A stretch of 64,000 nt of DNA from the NCBI GenBank assembly GCA_963977445.1, contig CAXBPH010000003.1, positions 9,964 through 73,963 on the forward strand, given 5' to 3'. Made by a program: the position numbers and the translations under genes. Source of the stretch: an uncultured bacterium. Lineage in GTDB: Bacteria > Hydrogenedentota > Hydrogenedentia > Hydrogenedentales > JAEUWI01. The notes beneath the pieces are model-generated. The model had not been told where the DNA came from, ran no database searches, and saw only the letters and a program-made list of their open reading frames with translations. This document shows positions 11,106 through 21,587 of this stretch, piece after piece (position 1 is the stretch's first letter; each line of letters opens with the position of its first letter).

Positions 11106-14100
11106 ATGGCACCCTCTGCAAAAGAAGCTATTAAGACCACATGTTCCTACTGTGGTGTGGGTTGCGGCATGGAGGTTACGCAGGATCACCTCGGACGGCT
11201 GAATCTCGAAGGCGATCCGTCCCACCCCGTCAGTCGCGGCATGCTCTGCACCAAAGGGCGCACCCTGCACCATGTTGTGCAGAATCAGCAGGACCGGTTG
11301 CTCCATCCCATGATGCGGCGTAGTCGCGCCCATCCGCTGGAACAGGTCAGCTGGGATGCTGCCCTGGAACGGGCCGCTGGTGTCTTTCGCTCTATCCTCA
11401 ATCGTTTCGGGCCGGAATCGGTAGGGTTTTATGTGTCCGGACAGTGCCTTACGGAAGAATATTATATCGCCAACAAGCTGATGAAAGGGTTTATCGGCAG
11501 CAACAACATCGACACCAATTCACGACTCTGTATGAGTTCTGCCGTGGTCGGCTACAAGCTCTCACTGGGCGACGATGCCTGTCCCATCAGTTATGAAGAC
11601 ATCGAGCTGGGCTCCTGCTTCCTCATCGCCGGTGCCAATCCGGCCTGGTGCCATCCCATTCTTTTTCGGCGCCTTGAACAACACAAGGAAGCCAATCCCG
11701 ACACCAAAATCATTGTGGTGGACCCCCGGCGTACCCAGACCTGCGCCCAGGCGGATTTACATCTTCAAATTAAGCCCGGCACCGACGTGGTCGTATTCAA
11801 TGCCATCGCCCGAGAACTCCACGAGCACGGCCATTGGGATGACGCCTTCATTCGGGATCACTGCAATGGTGTCGAATCGCTGATCGATGCCGCCTACGCC
11901 ATGACCGTTGCCGAGGCCGCCGAAGTCTGTGCCGTCCCAGCCGACGACATCCGGGCGGCAGCGCGACTCATTGGGGAGAGCAACGCCTTTCAATCCTGGT
12001 GGGCCATGGGACTCAACCAATGCAGCAACGGCGTGGACAAAAATATCGCCCTCCTCAACCTGTCTCTGGTAACGGGCCAAATCGGAAAACCCGGTGCAGG
12101 TCCCTTCTCCCTCACGGGACAACCCAATGCCATGGGCGGCCGGGAAGTGGGTGGGCTATCCAACCTACTGGCAGCCCACCGGGATCTGGCCGATCCGAAA
12201 GAGCGCGCCTTTGTGCAAAACCATTGGGATTCGGGCCCCATCGCCGCAAAGCCGGGCCTGACGGCGACGGAAATGTTTGCCGCGCTCGAGTCGGGCACCA
12301 TGAAGGCCATTTGGGTCATCTGCACCAATCCGGCCGTTTCCATGCCCAACTTGAGTCAAATCGAGCGGGCCCTGAAGAAGGCGCGCTTCGTCGTGGTCCA
12401 GGATATTTCCTCCCTGTCGGACACCGTTGAATACGCGGATCTGGTGTTGCCTGCTGCGGGCTGGCTCGAAAAACAGGGGACCATGACCAATTCGGAGCGT
12501 CGGGTGACCCACCTGCCCAAGTTACTGACACCGCCGGGTGAGGCCTTGCCGGATGTCGATATCTTGTGTCGATTCGCAAAGAAAATGGGCTGGTCGAAGC
12601 AGTTCACCTATGGCAGCGAAAGCGACATCTTTGATGAGCACTGCGCCCTGACCCGGGGCACCAATATCGACATGAGCGGTATGTCCTATGACCGCCTTAA
12701 AGCCGCTGGCAGCCTGCAATGGCCTTGTCCGACTGCAGACCACCCTGGCACCCCACGCCTCTTCAGCGACAAACGTTTTTTCACACCGGACCAACGGGCC
12801 GCGCTCCACGGTATTCTCCACGAGCCACGGTCGGAGGCCTTGAGTGAGGCCTACCCGATTGTGCTGACTACCGGTCGTATTCGTGATCAGTGGCATACCA
12901 TGACGCGCACGGGCAAGGTGGCCAAGCTGCGGCAGCACCTGGACACGCCTTTCGTAGAAATTCATCCCGACGATGCGCAGGCCCAATCCATCGCGGAAGG
13001 GGACACGGTCACGATTTATAATGACCGCGGTGCCGTGCGTGCACGCGCCCATATTTCCGACGCCATCAAACAGGGCGTTGTCTTCCTGCCCATGCATTGG
13101 GGCAAGTCTCTCCAACGGGGCGCGGCCCGCGCCAATCTCGTGACGAGCACCCACGTGGATCCCAAATCGAAAGAGCCCGACTTCAAGTTTGCTGCGGTGG
13201 CTCTGAGCAAGGCACCGGCGACCCGACTGCAAATCCTGATTGTGGGTGGTGGCACGGCGGCCCTGGCCTTTGTGCAGGAATACCGAAAACTGAACAACGA
13301 CGATGAGCTCATTGTCTTTGGGAAAGAGGGCCACGGATTTTATAATCGCATACTTCTGCCCGACCTTATTGGCGGCGAGTGTACGTGGGATTCCATGCAG
13401 ACCGCATCGGCGGAACGCCTCGCCCTGGATCGTATTCATTTTCACCCCGGCGTGCGAATCGATTCCATCAACCGGGACAAGCGGCTTATTATCGACAACA
13501 CCGGTGCGTCTCATCCCTACGACCGTCTGGTCCTGGCAACGGGCAGCAGCCCCAGTCTACCCCCAGAAGCCCCCCGCAAATTGGATGGGGTCTTCACGCT
13601 ACGCACGAAGAGTGATGCCGATAAGGTAATGGACCACGTCAAACCGGAACACCGGTGTATCGTTGTAGGGGGTGGGCTGCTCGGCCTCGAGCTGGTTGCA
13701 GCCCTTCGTCAGCGAGGTGCCTCCTGCCACCTCATCCACCGTTCCTCCCAGTTGATGGGCCGCCAATTGGATGGCATGGCCGCGCAACTCCTCGCCGAAG
13801 AGCTCGCGGAACGTGGTATTACGTTGCACCTGAACGAATCGATTGCCTCCGTACACGGTCAACGTCACGTAGAGGGATTGCGCACGCGCAACGGCCACTA
13901 TCTGCCCTGCGACGCCTTATTTTTCGCCACGGGCACGACACCCAATATAACCCTCGCCCGGCAGGCCAGTCTCCCCTGCGGCCACGGGGTGCATGTAGAC
14001 GACACGATGGGCACGGTAGACCCCCATATATTTGCCATCGGAGAAATCGCGGAACACCGGCATCGCTGTTACGGCACCACCCCTGCCGCACAAGAACAGG

Positions 14101-14627
14101 CCCGGGTCGCGGCTGCCCAGATTTCCGGCGATCCGTGGACGCATTACGAAGGCAATATCCCTTTCAATGTATTGAAATTGAGCGGCCTGGCCCTGTGCAG
14201 TATGGGCCAGATCGAAGTAAAACGCGAGGATGGAAACTTTGAGGAGATTACCCTCCTCGACCGGGCAGAGCGGTATTACCAGAAGTGTATTGTCTATAAG
14301 AACCGTTTGGTGGGTGCCCTGCTATTTGGTGATATGAGTCAGATGGCCACCCTGAAAGATCTCATTGCAACGGGCATCGAGCTAGATGACCGACGGCGGG
14401 AATTGCTCCGCGCGGGAAGCGCGACGACCCAGGTGCCTTTACAGGGGGCCTTGGTGTGCAGTTGCAACCAGGTGGGCAGGGGCAATTTGGAAGGTGCCCT
14501 CGCATCGGGATGCAGCAGCGTCGAGGAACTCTGTAATGCCACCGGAGCCGGACTTGGGTGTGGCAGCTGCAAACCGGAGGTGAGTGCCCTGTTTGAAGAA
14601 CACAGCGCCGTAGTCACGGCAGGATAG
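11106..14627 (+). CDS. nasA: Assimilatory nitrate reductase (Mo-bisPGD) fused to FAD/NAD(P)H oxidoreductase and BFD-like [2Fe-2S] domains
   Basis: TTCSYCGVGCG...C 4Fe-4S motif, 'NNIDTNSRLCMSS', 'TGRIRDQWHTMTRT'; then IVGGG and GGGLLGLE flavoprotein part; CSCN...CGSC terminus. Confidence 0.9.
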   Translation: MAPSAKEAIKTTCSYCGVGCGMEVTQDHLGRLNLEGDPSHPVSRGMLCTKGRTLHHVVQNQQDRLLHPMMRRSRAHPLEQVSWDAALERAAGVFRSILNRFGPESVGFYVSGQCLTEEYYIANKLMKGFIGSNNIDTNSRLCMSSAVVGYKLSLGDDACPISYEDIELGSCFLIAGANPAWCHPILFRRLEQHKEANPDTKIIVVDPRRTQTCAQADLHLQIKPGTDVVVFNAIARELHEHGHWDDAFIRDHCNGVESLIDAAYAMTVAEAAEVCAVPADDIRAAARLIGESNAFQSWWAMGLNQCSNGVDKNIALLNLSLVTGQIGKPGAGPFSLTGQPNAMGGREVGGLSNLLAAHRDLADPKERAFVQNHWDSGPIAAKPGLTATEMFAALESGTMKAIWVICTNPAVSMPNLSQIERALKKARFVVVQDISSLSDTVEYADLVLPAAGWLEKQGTMTNSERRVTHLPKLLTPPGEALPDVDILCRFAKKMGWSKQFTYGSESDIFDEHCALTRGTNIDMSGMSYDRLKAAGSLQWPCPTADHPGTPRLFSDKRFFTPDQRAALHGILHEPRSEALSEAYPIVLTTGRIRDQWHTMTRTGKVAKLRQHLDTPFVEIHPDDAQAQSIAEGDTVTIYNDRGAVRARAHISDAIKQGVVFLPMHWGKSLQRGAARANLVTSTHVDPKSKEPDFKFAAVALSKAPATRLQILIVGGGTAALAFVQEYRKLNNDDELIVFGKEGHGFYNRILLPDLIGGECTWDSMQTASAERLALDRIHFHPGVRIDSINRDKRLIIDNTGASHPYDRLVLATGSSPSLPPEAPRKLDGVFTLRTKSDADKVMDHVKPEHRCIVVGGGLLGLELVAALRQRGASCHLIHRSSQLMGRQLDGMAAQLLAEELAERGITLHLNESIASVHGQRHVEGLRTRNGHYLPCDALFFATGTTPNITLARQASLPCGHGVHVDDTMGTVDPHIFAIGEIAEHRHRCYGTTPAAQEQARVAAAQISGDPWTHYEGNIPFNVLKLSGLALCSMGQIEVKREDGNFEEITLLDRAERYYQKCIVYKNRLVGALLFGDMSQMATLKDLIATGIELDDRRRELLRAGSATTQVPLQGALVCSCNQVGRGNLEGALASGCSSVEELCNATGAGLGCGSCKPEVSALFEEHSAVVTAG

Positions 14628-14632
14628 TGAAA

Positions 14633-16078
14633 ATGGCCAAGCGAAATGCAAGCATGATTTATCAATCCCAAGGCGGTCGGATAAGTTTTGGGCTCCTTCG
14701 GGAACTGGCCGAGTGCGCCTTGGTTCATGGTGCAGGAACCGTAGCGCTCGGAGGGCGACAGGAGATCATATTAAATGGGATAGTTCCCGATGCCCATCGA
14801 CATGTGCGCCACATTATTGGTTCCCGTCTCGCCGAACACCAACCCCGACGGCCCAATATTGTTACCACCCGCGCCGTCTGCGCCCGCGCCCACCGCACGG
14901 GTTGGTTGAGTGAAGGAAGCTACGACACCGTTCTCGAAAAATTTCGTAGTGCCCCATTACTGGCCATTGATATTGTAGACCCCCAGCAAGACTATGTCCC
15001 GTTGTTTTGTGGTGATGTACATTTTCTGGCCACCCCGGAGCCCGACTTCTGGATGGTCTACCTGAACGAGGGTAACCAGCCCAATCGGGTTTCCATTTCC
15101 CGCCCCATTCACAGTGCGGATATTGCTGATGTTGTATCGCTCATTCAGGAAATACACGTCGAACACAATGATTTTAACTTGCCCCTCTTGCAAACCCGAC
15201 TCGAGGAGCGTTTTGGCGACCGGCTCAAAGCCCATGACGTGGCCACGCCCCCCTTTCCCACGCAGACGCGACCGCTGGTTGGATTTGTGCTTGACCCGAA
15301 GAACGATACCTACTCGCTCGGTATCTCCGTGCAACTGCGTTCCCTCTCGAGCGCCTTCCTCGTCGACCTAAGCCTGCTCGCCGATCGATTTGGACTTGCG
15401 ACTGCCCACATCAGCACCTGGAAAAGCCTCTTGCTCCACGGCATTCCGCGGACGGAGCGTATCGCCTTTGAAAAGTTGCTCCTTCGCCATCGAATCGATC
15501 TCTTCCCCGGTGCGTGGAGCCAGGTGTGTGTCAACCAATGGGCCCATAGCGCCCTGGCACCCTATGCCCGCAAGCTCATCGGTACGTTGAATGAAACAAT
15601 ACCCCACGTCGGCTCCCTGGGCATCTCTCTGGTAACGGCGGATAAACGTGCCTTTCCCGACACCCCCATAATCGTCCACGCCGAGCCCGCCCGAGGTGCC
15701 TTGTCATTTTTACGGCCACGCTATCGCTTTTCCCTCTTTGGGCGGGAGGACTTCGGACGGCACAGCCCGACACTCCTGTCCTATGGTCGCAACATCACGG
15801 CATCAGCCCTTGCCGAACAGGTCATCGCGTTGATCGACCGGTACAGCGAGTCAGAAGGTGCCTACAGGAGTACAGCGGGTAACAGGAAGCGTCCAACGCG
15901 CACCCTCCATGCCCACCGTTGCGTATCCTGTGGCACCGAGTACAGCGAGCTTTATGGTGACCCCATAAGCAACGTGAGCGCGGGTACGCCCTTTATCGAA
16001 TTACCCGACGCCTGGTGTTGCCCCACCTGTGAAGCCCCCCGGAGCGCCTTCGCCGCAAGCGTCCGGGAGGTCGCCTGA
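14633..16078 (+). CDS. Rubredoxin-domain protein with an N-terminal nitrite/sulfite-reductase ferredoxin-like region
   Basis: C-terminal CVSCGTEY...GTPFIELPDAWCCPTC rubredoxin; N-terminal 'GGRIS...GGRQEIIL' half-ferredoxin-like motif; coupled to nasA. Confidence 0.75.
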   Translation: MAKRNASMIYQSQGGRISFGLLRELAECALVHGAGTVALGGRQEIILNGIVPDAHRHVRHIIGSRLAEHQPRRPNIVTTRAVCARAHRTGWLSEGSYDTVLEKFRSAPLLAIDIVDPQQDYVPLFCGDVHFLATPEPDFWMVYLNEGNQPNRVSISRPIHSADIADVVSLIQEIHVEHNDFNLPLLQTRLEERFGDRLKAHDVATPPFPTQTRPLVGFVLDPKNDTYSLGISVQLRSLSSAFLVDLSLLADRFGLATAHISTWKSLLLHGIPRTERIAFEKLLLRHRIDLFPGAWSQVCVNQWAHSALAPYARKLIGTLNETIPHVGSLGISLVTADKRAFPDTPIIVHAEPARGALSFLRPRYRFSLFGREDFGRHSPTLLSYGRNITASALAEQVIALIDRYSESEGAYRSTAGNRKRPTRTLHAHRCVSCGTEYSELYGDPISNVSAGTPFIELPDAWCCPTCEAPRSAFAASVREVA

Positions 16079-16187
16079 AAGGCCACGGAAACGGCACTCA
16101 CGTTCACCAACAGAGGCCCATTGGGCTCGCAGGATACACGTGACATATCCTTGTGCCTTTATCTTATTCCTGGATTCTGATCGCCCC

Positions 16188-16625
16188 TCAGCGCATTCCC
16201 GGCTCAATGCTTGCTGCCGAGAAATCCTCCCCCGCAATAGGGAATCCACTTAATCGACTCAGCATGGCGAGTTGTCCAACATGGGCAAGCATATCCGCTA
16301 TTGGCCCCTGCAGGATGCGCCGGGCCCCATTTTCCGCAATATTCCGGTGGACCAATACATCGTCCAGCGCGGTTAACGTTTCCAAAAACCGTTCCACTTC
16401 CTGTGAAAATTCACACACCGTAGCGGTGTAGCCCTCGAAACGCTCTTCTTCGATATAGACTTGAGTGGCATGGGAGACTTCATACATATGGCGAACAATC
16501 TCACGGGGCGTTCTCGTACCCGAACCCGCAGAGAAATCTCCAAAATCTACGCCGGAGTTCTGCAGCACATTCTGAAATCGATACACTATTGTGGCAACAC
16601 TATGCCGCAGAAATTCATTGTTCAC
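16188..16625 (-). CDS. DinB/YfiT-like four-helix-bundle protein
   Basis: 'RTPREIVRHM' and 'DMLAHVGQLAMLSRL' His pattern; GGAG RBS. Confidence 0.6.
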   Translation of the reverse strand: MNNEFLRHSVATIVYRFQNVLQNSGVDFGDFSAGSGTRTPREIVRHMYEVSHATQVYIEEERFEGYTATVCEFSQEVERFLETLTALDDVLVHRNIAENGARRILQGPIADMLAHVGQLAMLSRLSGFPIAGEDFSAASIEPGMR

Positions 16626-16670
16626 TACTTCTCCTTACAACCTACACGCTGCCTATGCGAAAAGCCCGCC

Positions 16671-18122
16671 CTACTTCTTACTCGCCTCGAGCAAGGCACC
16701 CAGGGCATCGACTTTTTCTGGCATAGCAGACCAGAGATTTGTCGTCTCGCCAATATCGTCAGTCAGATTATAGAGTTGAACGCGGGGCGCGTCGGGACCC
16801 GGCGCGCTTTTTCCATTACTACTCCAACCACCACTGCCGGCGCTATCAATAAATTTCCAGGGCCCTTGACGCACCGCAAAAACACCGTCAATCGAGTGGT
16901 GAATCGTGTAGTCCCGCAACGCATCCGCCCCAGCCTTACCCTCCAACGCGGAGAGCATACTCACACTGTCCGGGCCCGCTCCGTCAGGCAGGGGCGCACC
17001 CACGATGTCGGCTACGGTGGCGAGTAAATCGGTGAGGGTGGTCACTTCCGTTGATGCGCTGCCCGCCTTAACATGATCGGGCCACCGCACGAAGAAGGGC
17101 ACGTGGTGTCCCCCTTCCCACACATCGGATTTTCGCCCACGAAAGATATAGTTGGGCCGATGATTAAATTGTTTGACCATAGCACCCGTCGGCATGGTAG
17201 AGCCGTTGTCGCTCGTAACAATCACGAGGGTGTTTTCGGCCAGCCCGGCTTCGTCGAGGGCATCCAGCACCGCGCCTACCGTATAGTCCACTTGCGCCGT
17301 AAAGTCACCGTACTCGCCCGCCTCACTCCAACCCTTGACGAAGGGAGCGGGTACTACCGGTGTGTGGGGCGCCGTCAGGGGAAAATAGAGGAAGAAGGGC
17401 TCTCCCGGGCTCATTTCTTTTCGTCCCGCAATGTAGGAGACCGCCTTTTCGGTGAGGGTAGGCAACACATCGACTGTTTCGAAGCCCTCGGCCGTGAGGC
17501 CCGACCGGAAGGTGGTGTCCTTCACCTCCGTAGGCACCGCCGTGGCGCGATCATTCTCGATATAGACGTAGGGCGGCATGTCTAAGGATGCGGAGATTCC
17601 GTAGAAATAATCGAAGCCCAGATTACGGGGTCCATGGGTCAGGGGCTGATCGAAGGCCACCTTTTCTCCCGTAAGTTTCATCTCATCGCTCAGGGACGAG
17701 CCATCTTTGGTCTGCCACCCCAATCCCAGGTGCCATTTACCAATACAGGCCGTGGCATAGCCCTGCCCCTTCAAAAAACCGGCCACTGTAAGCTCACCCT
17801 GGTCGATAAGGGGCGGCGAATAGCCCCAGAGCACCCCCGACTTCAGCCGGGTCCGCCAGGCGTAACGCCCCGTCAACACACCATAGCGGGTAGGCGTGCA
17901 AACCGCCGACGGTGAATGGGCATCGGTGAAGGTCATCCCCGCTGCGGCCAGGCGATCCATATGGGGCGTGGGGATCTTGGACTCCGGATTCAGGCAACGG
18001 ACATCGCCATAGCCGAGGTCATCCGCCAGGATATAAACGATGTTGGGCCGTTCTGCCGCACCTGCGATGCATGTCAGGGCCAACGTGAGACTGAGTACTG
18101 TTGTTCGTATCGTGTTCATCAT
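16671..18122 (-). CDS. Arylsulfatase (FGly-type)
   Basis: PNIVYILADDLGYGD, CTPTR signature, GKWHLG; signal peptide. Confidence 0.92.
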   Translation of the reverse strand: MMNTIRTTVLSLTLALTCIAGAAERPNIVYILADDLGYGDVRCLNPESKIPTPHMDRLAAAGMTFTDAHSPSAVCTPTRYGVLTGRYAWRTRLKSGVLWGYSPPLIDQGELTVAGFLKGQGYATACIGKWHLGLGWQTKDGSSLSDEMKLTGEKVAFDQPLTHGPRNLGFDYFYGISASLDMPPYVYIENDRATAVPTEVKDTTFRSGLTAEGFETVDVLPTLTEKAVSYIAGRKEMSPGEPFFLYFPLTAPHTPVVPAPFVKGWSEAGEYGDFTAQVDYTVGAVLDALDEAGLAENTLVIVTSDNGSTMPTGAMVKQFNHRPNYIFRGRKSDVWEGGHHVPFFVRWPDHVKAGSASTEVTTLTDLLATVADIVGAPLPDGAGPDSVSMLSALEGKAGADALRDYTIHHSIDGVFAVRQGPWKFIDSAGSGGWSSNGKSAPGPDAPRVQLYNLTDDIGETTNLWSAMPEKVDALGALLEASKK

Positions 18123-18206
18123 CAAACTTTCCCAGGGTACAATGTTCCGCCATTAATCTGCGGTTCTTACCGACGACGGTGACCACGAGGCTCACGCATC
18201 GGCAGG

Positions 18207-19670
18207 TCACGCACCATCCTTTCCGAGCAGTCGCTTTTCCCAATAGGCCACATGTTCGGCGGGCGTCGACTCCAGGGTCAACCCTCGGGATTCCAAGGCT
18301 TTTTTGTGACGCCCCCGGGCCTCCTCCATCCAATAGTCGGTTATTTCCTTCGATTCGGGGATGGCCCCCATGTCGCCCGTGCTTTCGCTCCAACCCTGGA
18401 GGGTTTCGCGGAGGTTTTTCAGTATTTCGCTGTGCGCGGCATCCCCTGCGATATTGTTCACCTCCCAGGGGTCGGCGCTCAGGTCATAGAGCTCTTCTTC
18501 GGGACGTGTCGTCGCCATGAAGGGCTTTTGGGCTTCCGTGAGCTTGCCTTCGGCCTGCCATTGCTCCAGGACCGATACGGCGGGGTACTGCTTCTTCTTG
18601 TAGGCATTAAATTGAAGGTAGGGACGGTCGGGAAAATAGTTTTTGATGTATTTGTACCGGTGGGTCCGCACACAGCGAATACGGTCCACGGTTTCATCAC
18701 AGCGGTCCCGGGCACACACCACATACTCCCTGGGTGTGCCAGAGTCAATGGGCTGCCCCTGCAGATGCGATGGTGGCGAGATGCCCGCCCACGTCATCAT
18801 GGTGGGTGCCAAATCGATGAGCGAAACCAGCGACTCCGAAACCGTACCCCCATCTTCCCCCTGGGGTTTCCGAACAATCAGTGGTACGCGGATGCCCCCT
18901 TCATAAAGCCACTGTTTGCCGCGAACCTGGGGACGGCCATGGTCGCCGTGATAGACCACGATGGTATTTTCCGCCAGCCCATCCTCTTCCAATCGCTTGA
19001 GAAGCACACCAATTTGTCCATCCAGCACTTGCAGCGATTCGAGATAATCAGCCCAATCCCGGCGCAACAATGGCGTGTCTGGATAATAGGGCGGCAGGGT
19101 TACCGCATCGGAATCAATGGGTTGAGCAGGGTCCCGTTTGAAATCCCGGTGGGTCAGGGAAAAATTAAATTGGGCAAAGAAGGGCTGGCCCTCCTTGCGT
19201 TGCCGCCAGTCCGTTCCGTCGAAAGGTTGCTCTCTGGGTGAAAAGTTCCAGTCCGTTTTTCCTGGCTTTTCCGGATTTGTCCCATTGCCATTGCTCACAA
19301 AATAGCCCGCATCGCGAAAGTAGGACGTAATGACCGCTACGGGCTCGGGCAGGTGGTAATTGTCATCCCGGTGGCTGCGATGGTTCTGAACGCCAATGCT
19401 CGTCTGATACATGCCCGTCATCATGGCCGATCGGGCCGGTGAGCAAACGGGACAGGTGGCAAAGGCGTTGTCATAGCGAACGCCCTCCGCCGCAAGTGCA
19501 TCAAGATGGGGCGTTTTTACGAGGGGATCGCCATAACATGCGATATCGGGCGAGGTATCTTCAGAGATTATCCAAAGAATATTGGGACGTGTCGCCGAGG
19601 CCGCGTGATGGCAATAGGCGTAGCCCAGTGCGGCCGTTCCTGCGGCGGCGAGGAAGGTTCTTCGTTTCAT
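18207..19670 (-). CDS. Sulfatase, Tat-exported
   Basis: MKRRTFL signal, PNILWIISED, CSPAR signature, GDHG. Confidence 0.9.
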   Translation of the reverse strand: MKRRTFLAAAGTAALGYAYCHHAASATRPNILWIISEDTSPDIACYGDPLVKTPHLDALAAEGVRYDNAFATCPVCSPARSAMMTGMYQTSIGVQNHRSHRDDNYHLPEPVAVITSYFRDAGYFVSNGNGTNPEKPGKTDWNFSPREQPFDGTDWRQRKEGQPFFAQFNFSLTHRDFKRDPAQPIDSDAVTLPPYYPDTPLLRRDWADYLESLQVLDGQIGVLLKRLEEDGLAENTIVVYHGDHGRPQVRGKQWLYEGGIRVPLIVRKPQGEDGGTVSESLVSLIDLAPTMMTWAGISPPSHLQGQPIDSGTPREYVVCARDRCDETVDRIRCVRTHRYKYIKNYFPDRPYLQFNAYKKKQYPAVSVLEQWQAEGKLTEAQKPFMATTRPEEELYDLSADPWEVNNIAGDAAHSEILKNLRETLQGWSESTGDMGAIPESKEITDYWMEEARGRHKKALESRGLTLESTPAEHVAYWEKRLLGKDGA

Positions 19671-19869
19671 GGATCGCTCCAAAATAAGCGTTGGTGGAAG
19701 GCTGTACTATAGCGATATACGGAAAGATCTACAAGATCTCGGGGTATGTCCAGCGGTCCCCTCGGCAACCGTCTGCGTCGACGGCGGGTCGACCTGGACC
19801 TTGAAGACCACCGCCGTCCTCGTCAATACTCTATCCAGTTTCAATCACCACCAACACAAAGGACGCCAC

Positions 19870-21300
19870 ATGAACTGTCCAGCATTCCTTCGGGGCGCAC
19901 TGGTCCTCTGCACGCTATTCGCCATGGCTGCCAATGCCGCAGACCAGCCCAATATCCTATTCCTCTTCGCTGATGACCAGACCTACGCGTCGATTCACGC
20001 GATGGGCAATGAGGAAATCCAGACGCCCAACCTGGATCGCCTGGTGAAGGAAGGCACGACCTTTACCCATGCCTACAATCAGGGGGGATGGCACGGTGCC
20101 GTATGTGTGGCCAGCCGGACTATGTTGAATACGGGCCGATTTCTCTGGCACGCACGGGACCGGGAGGACCATCTCGCAGAAGAACAGGCCCAGCGCAATT
20201 TCTGGCCCCAACTCCTCCACGACGGGGGCTACGACACCTATATGTCGGGGAAGTGGCATGTAAAGGGCATCGATCCCGTCAACGTCTTCGACCATGTCCG
20301 CCATGTCCGCGCGGGGATGCCTCGTGACAACTATGGCACGACGAAACTCGGTTACAATCGTCCTCTGGAGCAGGAGGAAGACCTGTGGAAACCCTGGGAC
20401 ACCTCCCAGGGCGGTTATTGGGCCGGTGGCAAACATTGGAGTGAAGTTCTCGGCGACGATGGCGTAGACTTTCTCAATCAGGCGTCAAAAGAGGAAAAGC
20501 CCTTCTTCATGTATCTGGCCTTTAACGCCCCCCACGATCCGAGGCAGTCGCCAAAGGAATATGTGGACCGGTATCCGCTGGAGGGTATCGCCGTTCCTGA
20601 GAATTTTATTCCCCGCCATCCCAACGATGTGGCCATGGGCTGTGGTCCCGGCTTGCGCGACGAAGACCTGGCACCCTTTCCACGCACCCCGCAGGCGGTC
20701 AAAGTCCATCGTCAGGAATACTACGCCATTATCACCCACATGGACGCCCAGATTGGCCGCATTCTTGACGCGTTGACGCAGAGTGGAAAGGCGGACAACA
20801 CCTACATCGTTTTTACCGCCGATCACGGACTGGCGGCCGGGAACCACGGCCTGCTGGGCAAGCAGAACATGTATGACCACAGTGTACGCGTACCCCTCAC
20901 CCTGGTGGGTCCAGGCATCGCCGCCGACCAACGCATCAACACGCCCATCTACCTGCAGGACGTCATGCCCACAAGTCTCCAGTGGGCGGGTCTGAATATT
21001 CCCGAACAAGTGGAATTCAAGCCCCTCACTCCGCTCCTCAACGAGGGCCAGCAAAGCCATTATGACGCCATCTACGGGGCTTATATGGAACGTCAACGAA
21101 TGGTGACGCAAGATGGATTCAAATTGATTTACTACCCGAAGAGCGACACAACCCTGCTCTTCGACCTCGTAAAGGACCCCCAGGAGATGAATAATCTGTC
21201 GGAAAACAGCGCCTATCAAGGGAAAAAGGAAACACTCTGGGCAGCCCTTGCAAAGGAACAGACACGGGTAGGTGATTCATTGAAGCTCGCGGCGAAGTAA
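19870..21300 (+). CDS. Sulfatase-like hydrolase (choline-sulfatase-like)
   Basis: PNILFLFADDQ, CVASR variant signature, GKWH, APHDP, ADHG. Confidence 0.88.
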   Translation: MNCPAFLRGALVLCTLFAMAANAADQPNILFLFADDQTYASIHAMGNEEIQTPNLDRLVKEGTTFTHAYNQGGWHGAVCVASRTMLNTGRFLWHARDREDHLAEEQAQRNFWPQLLHDGGYDTYMSGKWHVKGIDPVNVFDHVRHVRAGMPRDNYGTTKLGYNRPLEQEEDLWKPWDTSQGGYWAGGKHWSEVLGDDGVDFLNQASKEEKPFFMYLAFNAPHDPRQSPKEYVDRYPLEGIAVPENFIPRHPNDVAMGCGPGLRDEDLAPFPRTPQAVKVHRQEYYAIITHMDAQIGRILDALTQSGKADNTYIVFTADHGLAAGNHGLLGKQNMYDHSVRVPLTLVGPGIAADQRINTPIYLQDVMPTSLQWAGLNIPEQVEFKPLTPLLNEGQQSHYDAIYGAYMERQRMVTQDGFKLIYYPKSDTTLLFDLVKDPQEMNNLSENSAYQGKKETLWAALAKEQTRVGDSLKLAAK

Positions 21301-21379
21301 GGTTTCAGCCCCGATCAATAGTCTGCACAGAGTTAAAAGCCAGAAATGCATCGGCGAAGTAATCGATGAGTTCAAAGGC

Positions 21380-21508
21380 CAACGTCTGGGTGGCACGGAC
21401 AAGTCCGCAAGACTTGCCCGTGGGATAGCACCCACATCGGTGTCTCCCTCGGACAACGTCGGGGTGGCACGGACAAGTCTGCAAGACTTGCCCGTGGGGT
21501 AGCACCCA
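21380..21508. repeat. Tandem pair of 55-bp REP-like palindromic units (74-bp period)
   Basis: CAACGTCtGGGTGGCACGGACAAGTCcGCAAGACTTGCCCGTGGGaTAGCACCCA at 21380-21434 and a near-identical copy at 21454-21508. Confidence 0.85.
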
Positions 21509-21587
21509 TGTCGAGGCCTCCATCTAGAAACAAAAAATCGAGAGCGAACCAAGTCCGCTCCCGAATTTATTTCGCAGGCTTTAGTAC

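Noticed and set aside
21380..21508. Possible mini-CRISPR
   Set aside because: Only two 55-bp units with a 19-bp gap, no leader or cas genes; fits REP-type palindromes better.
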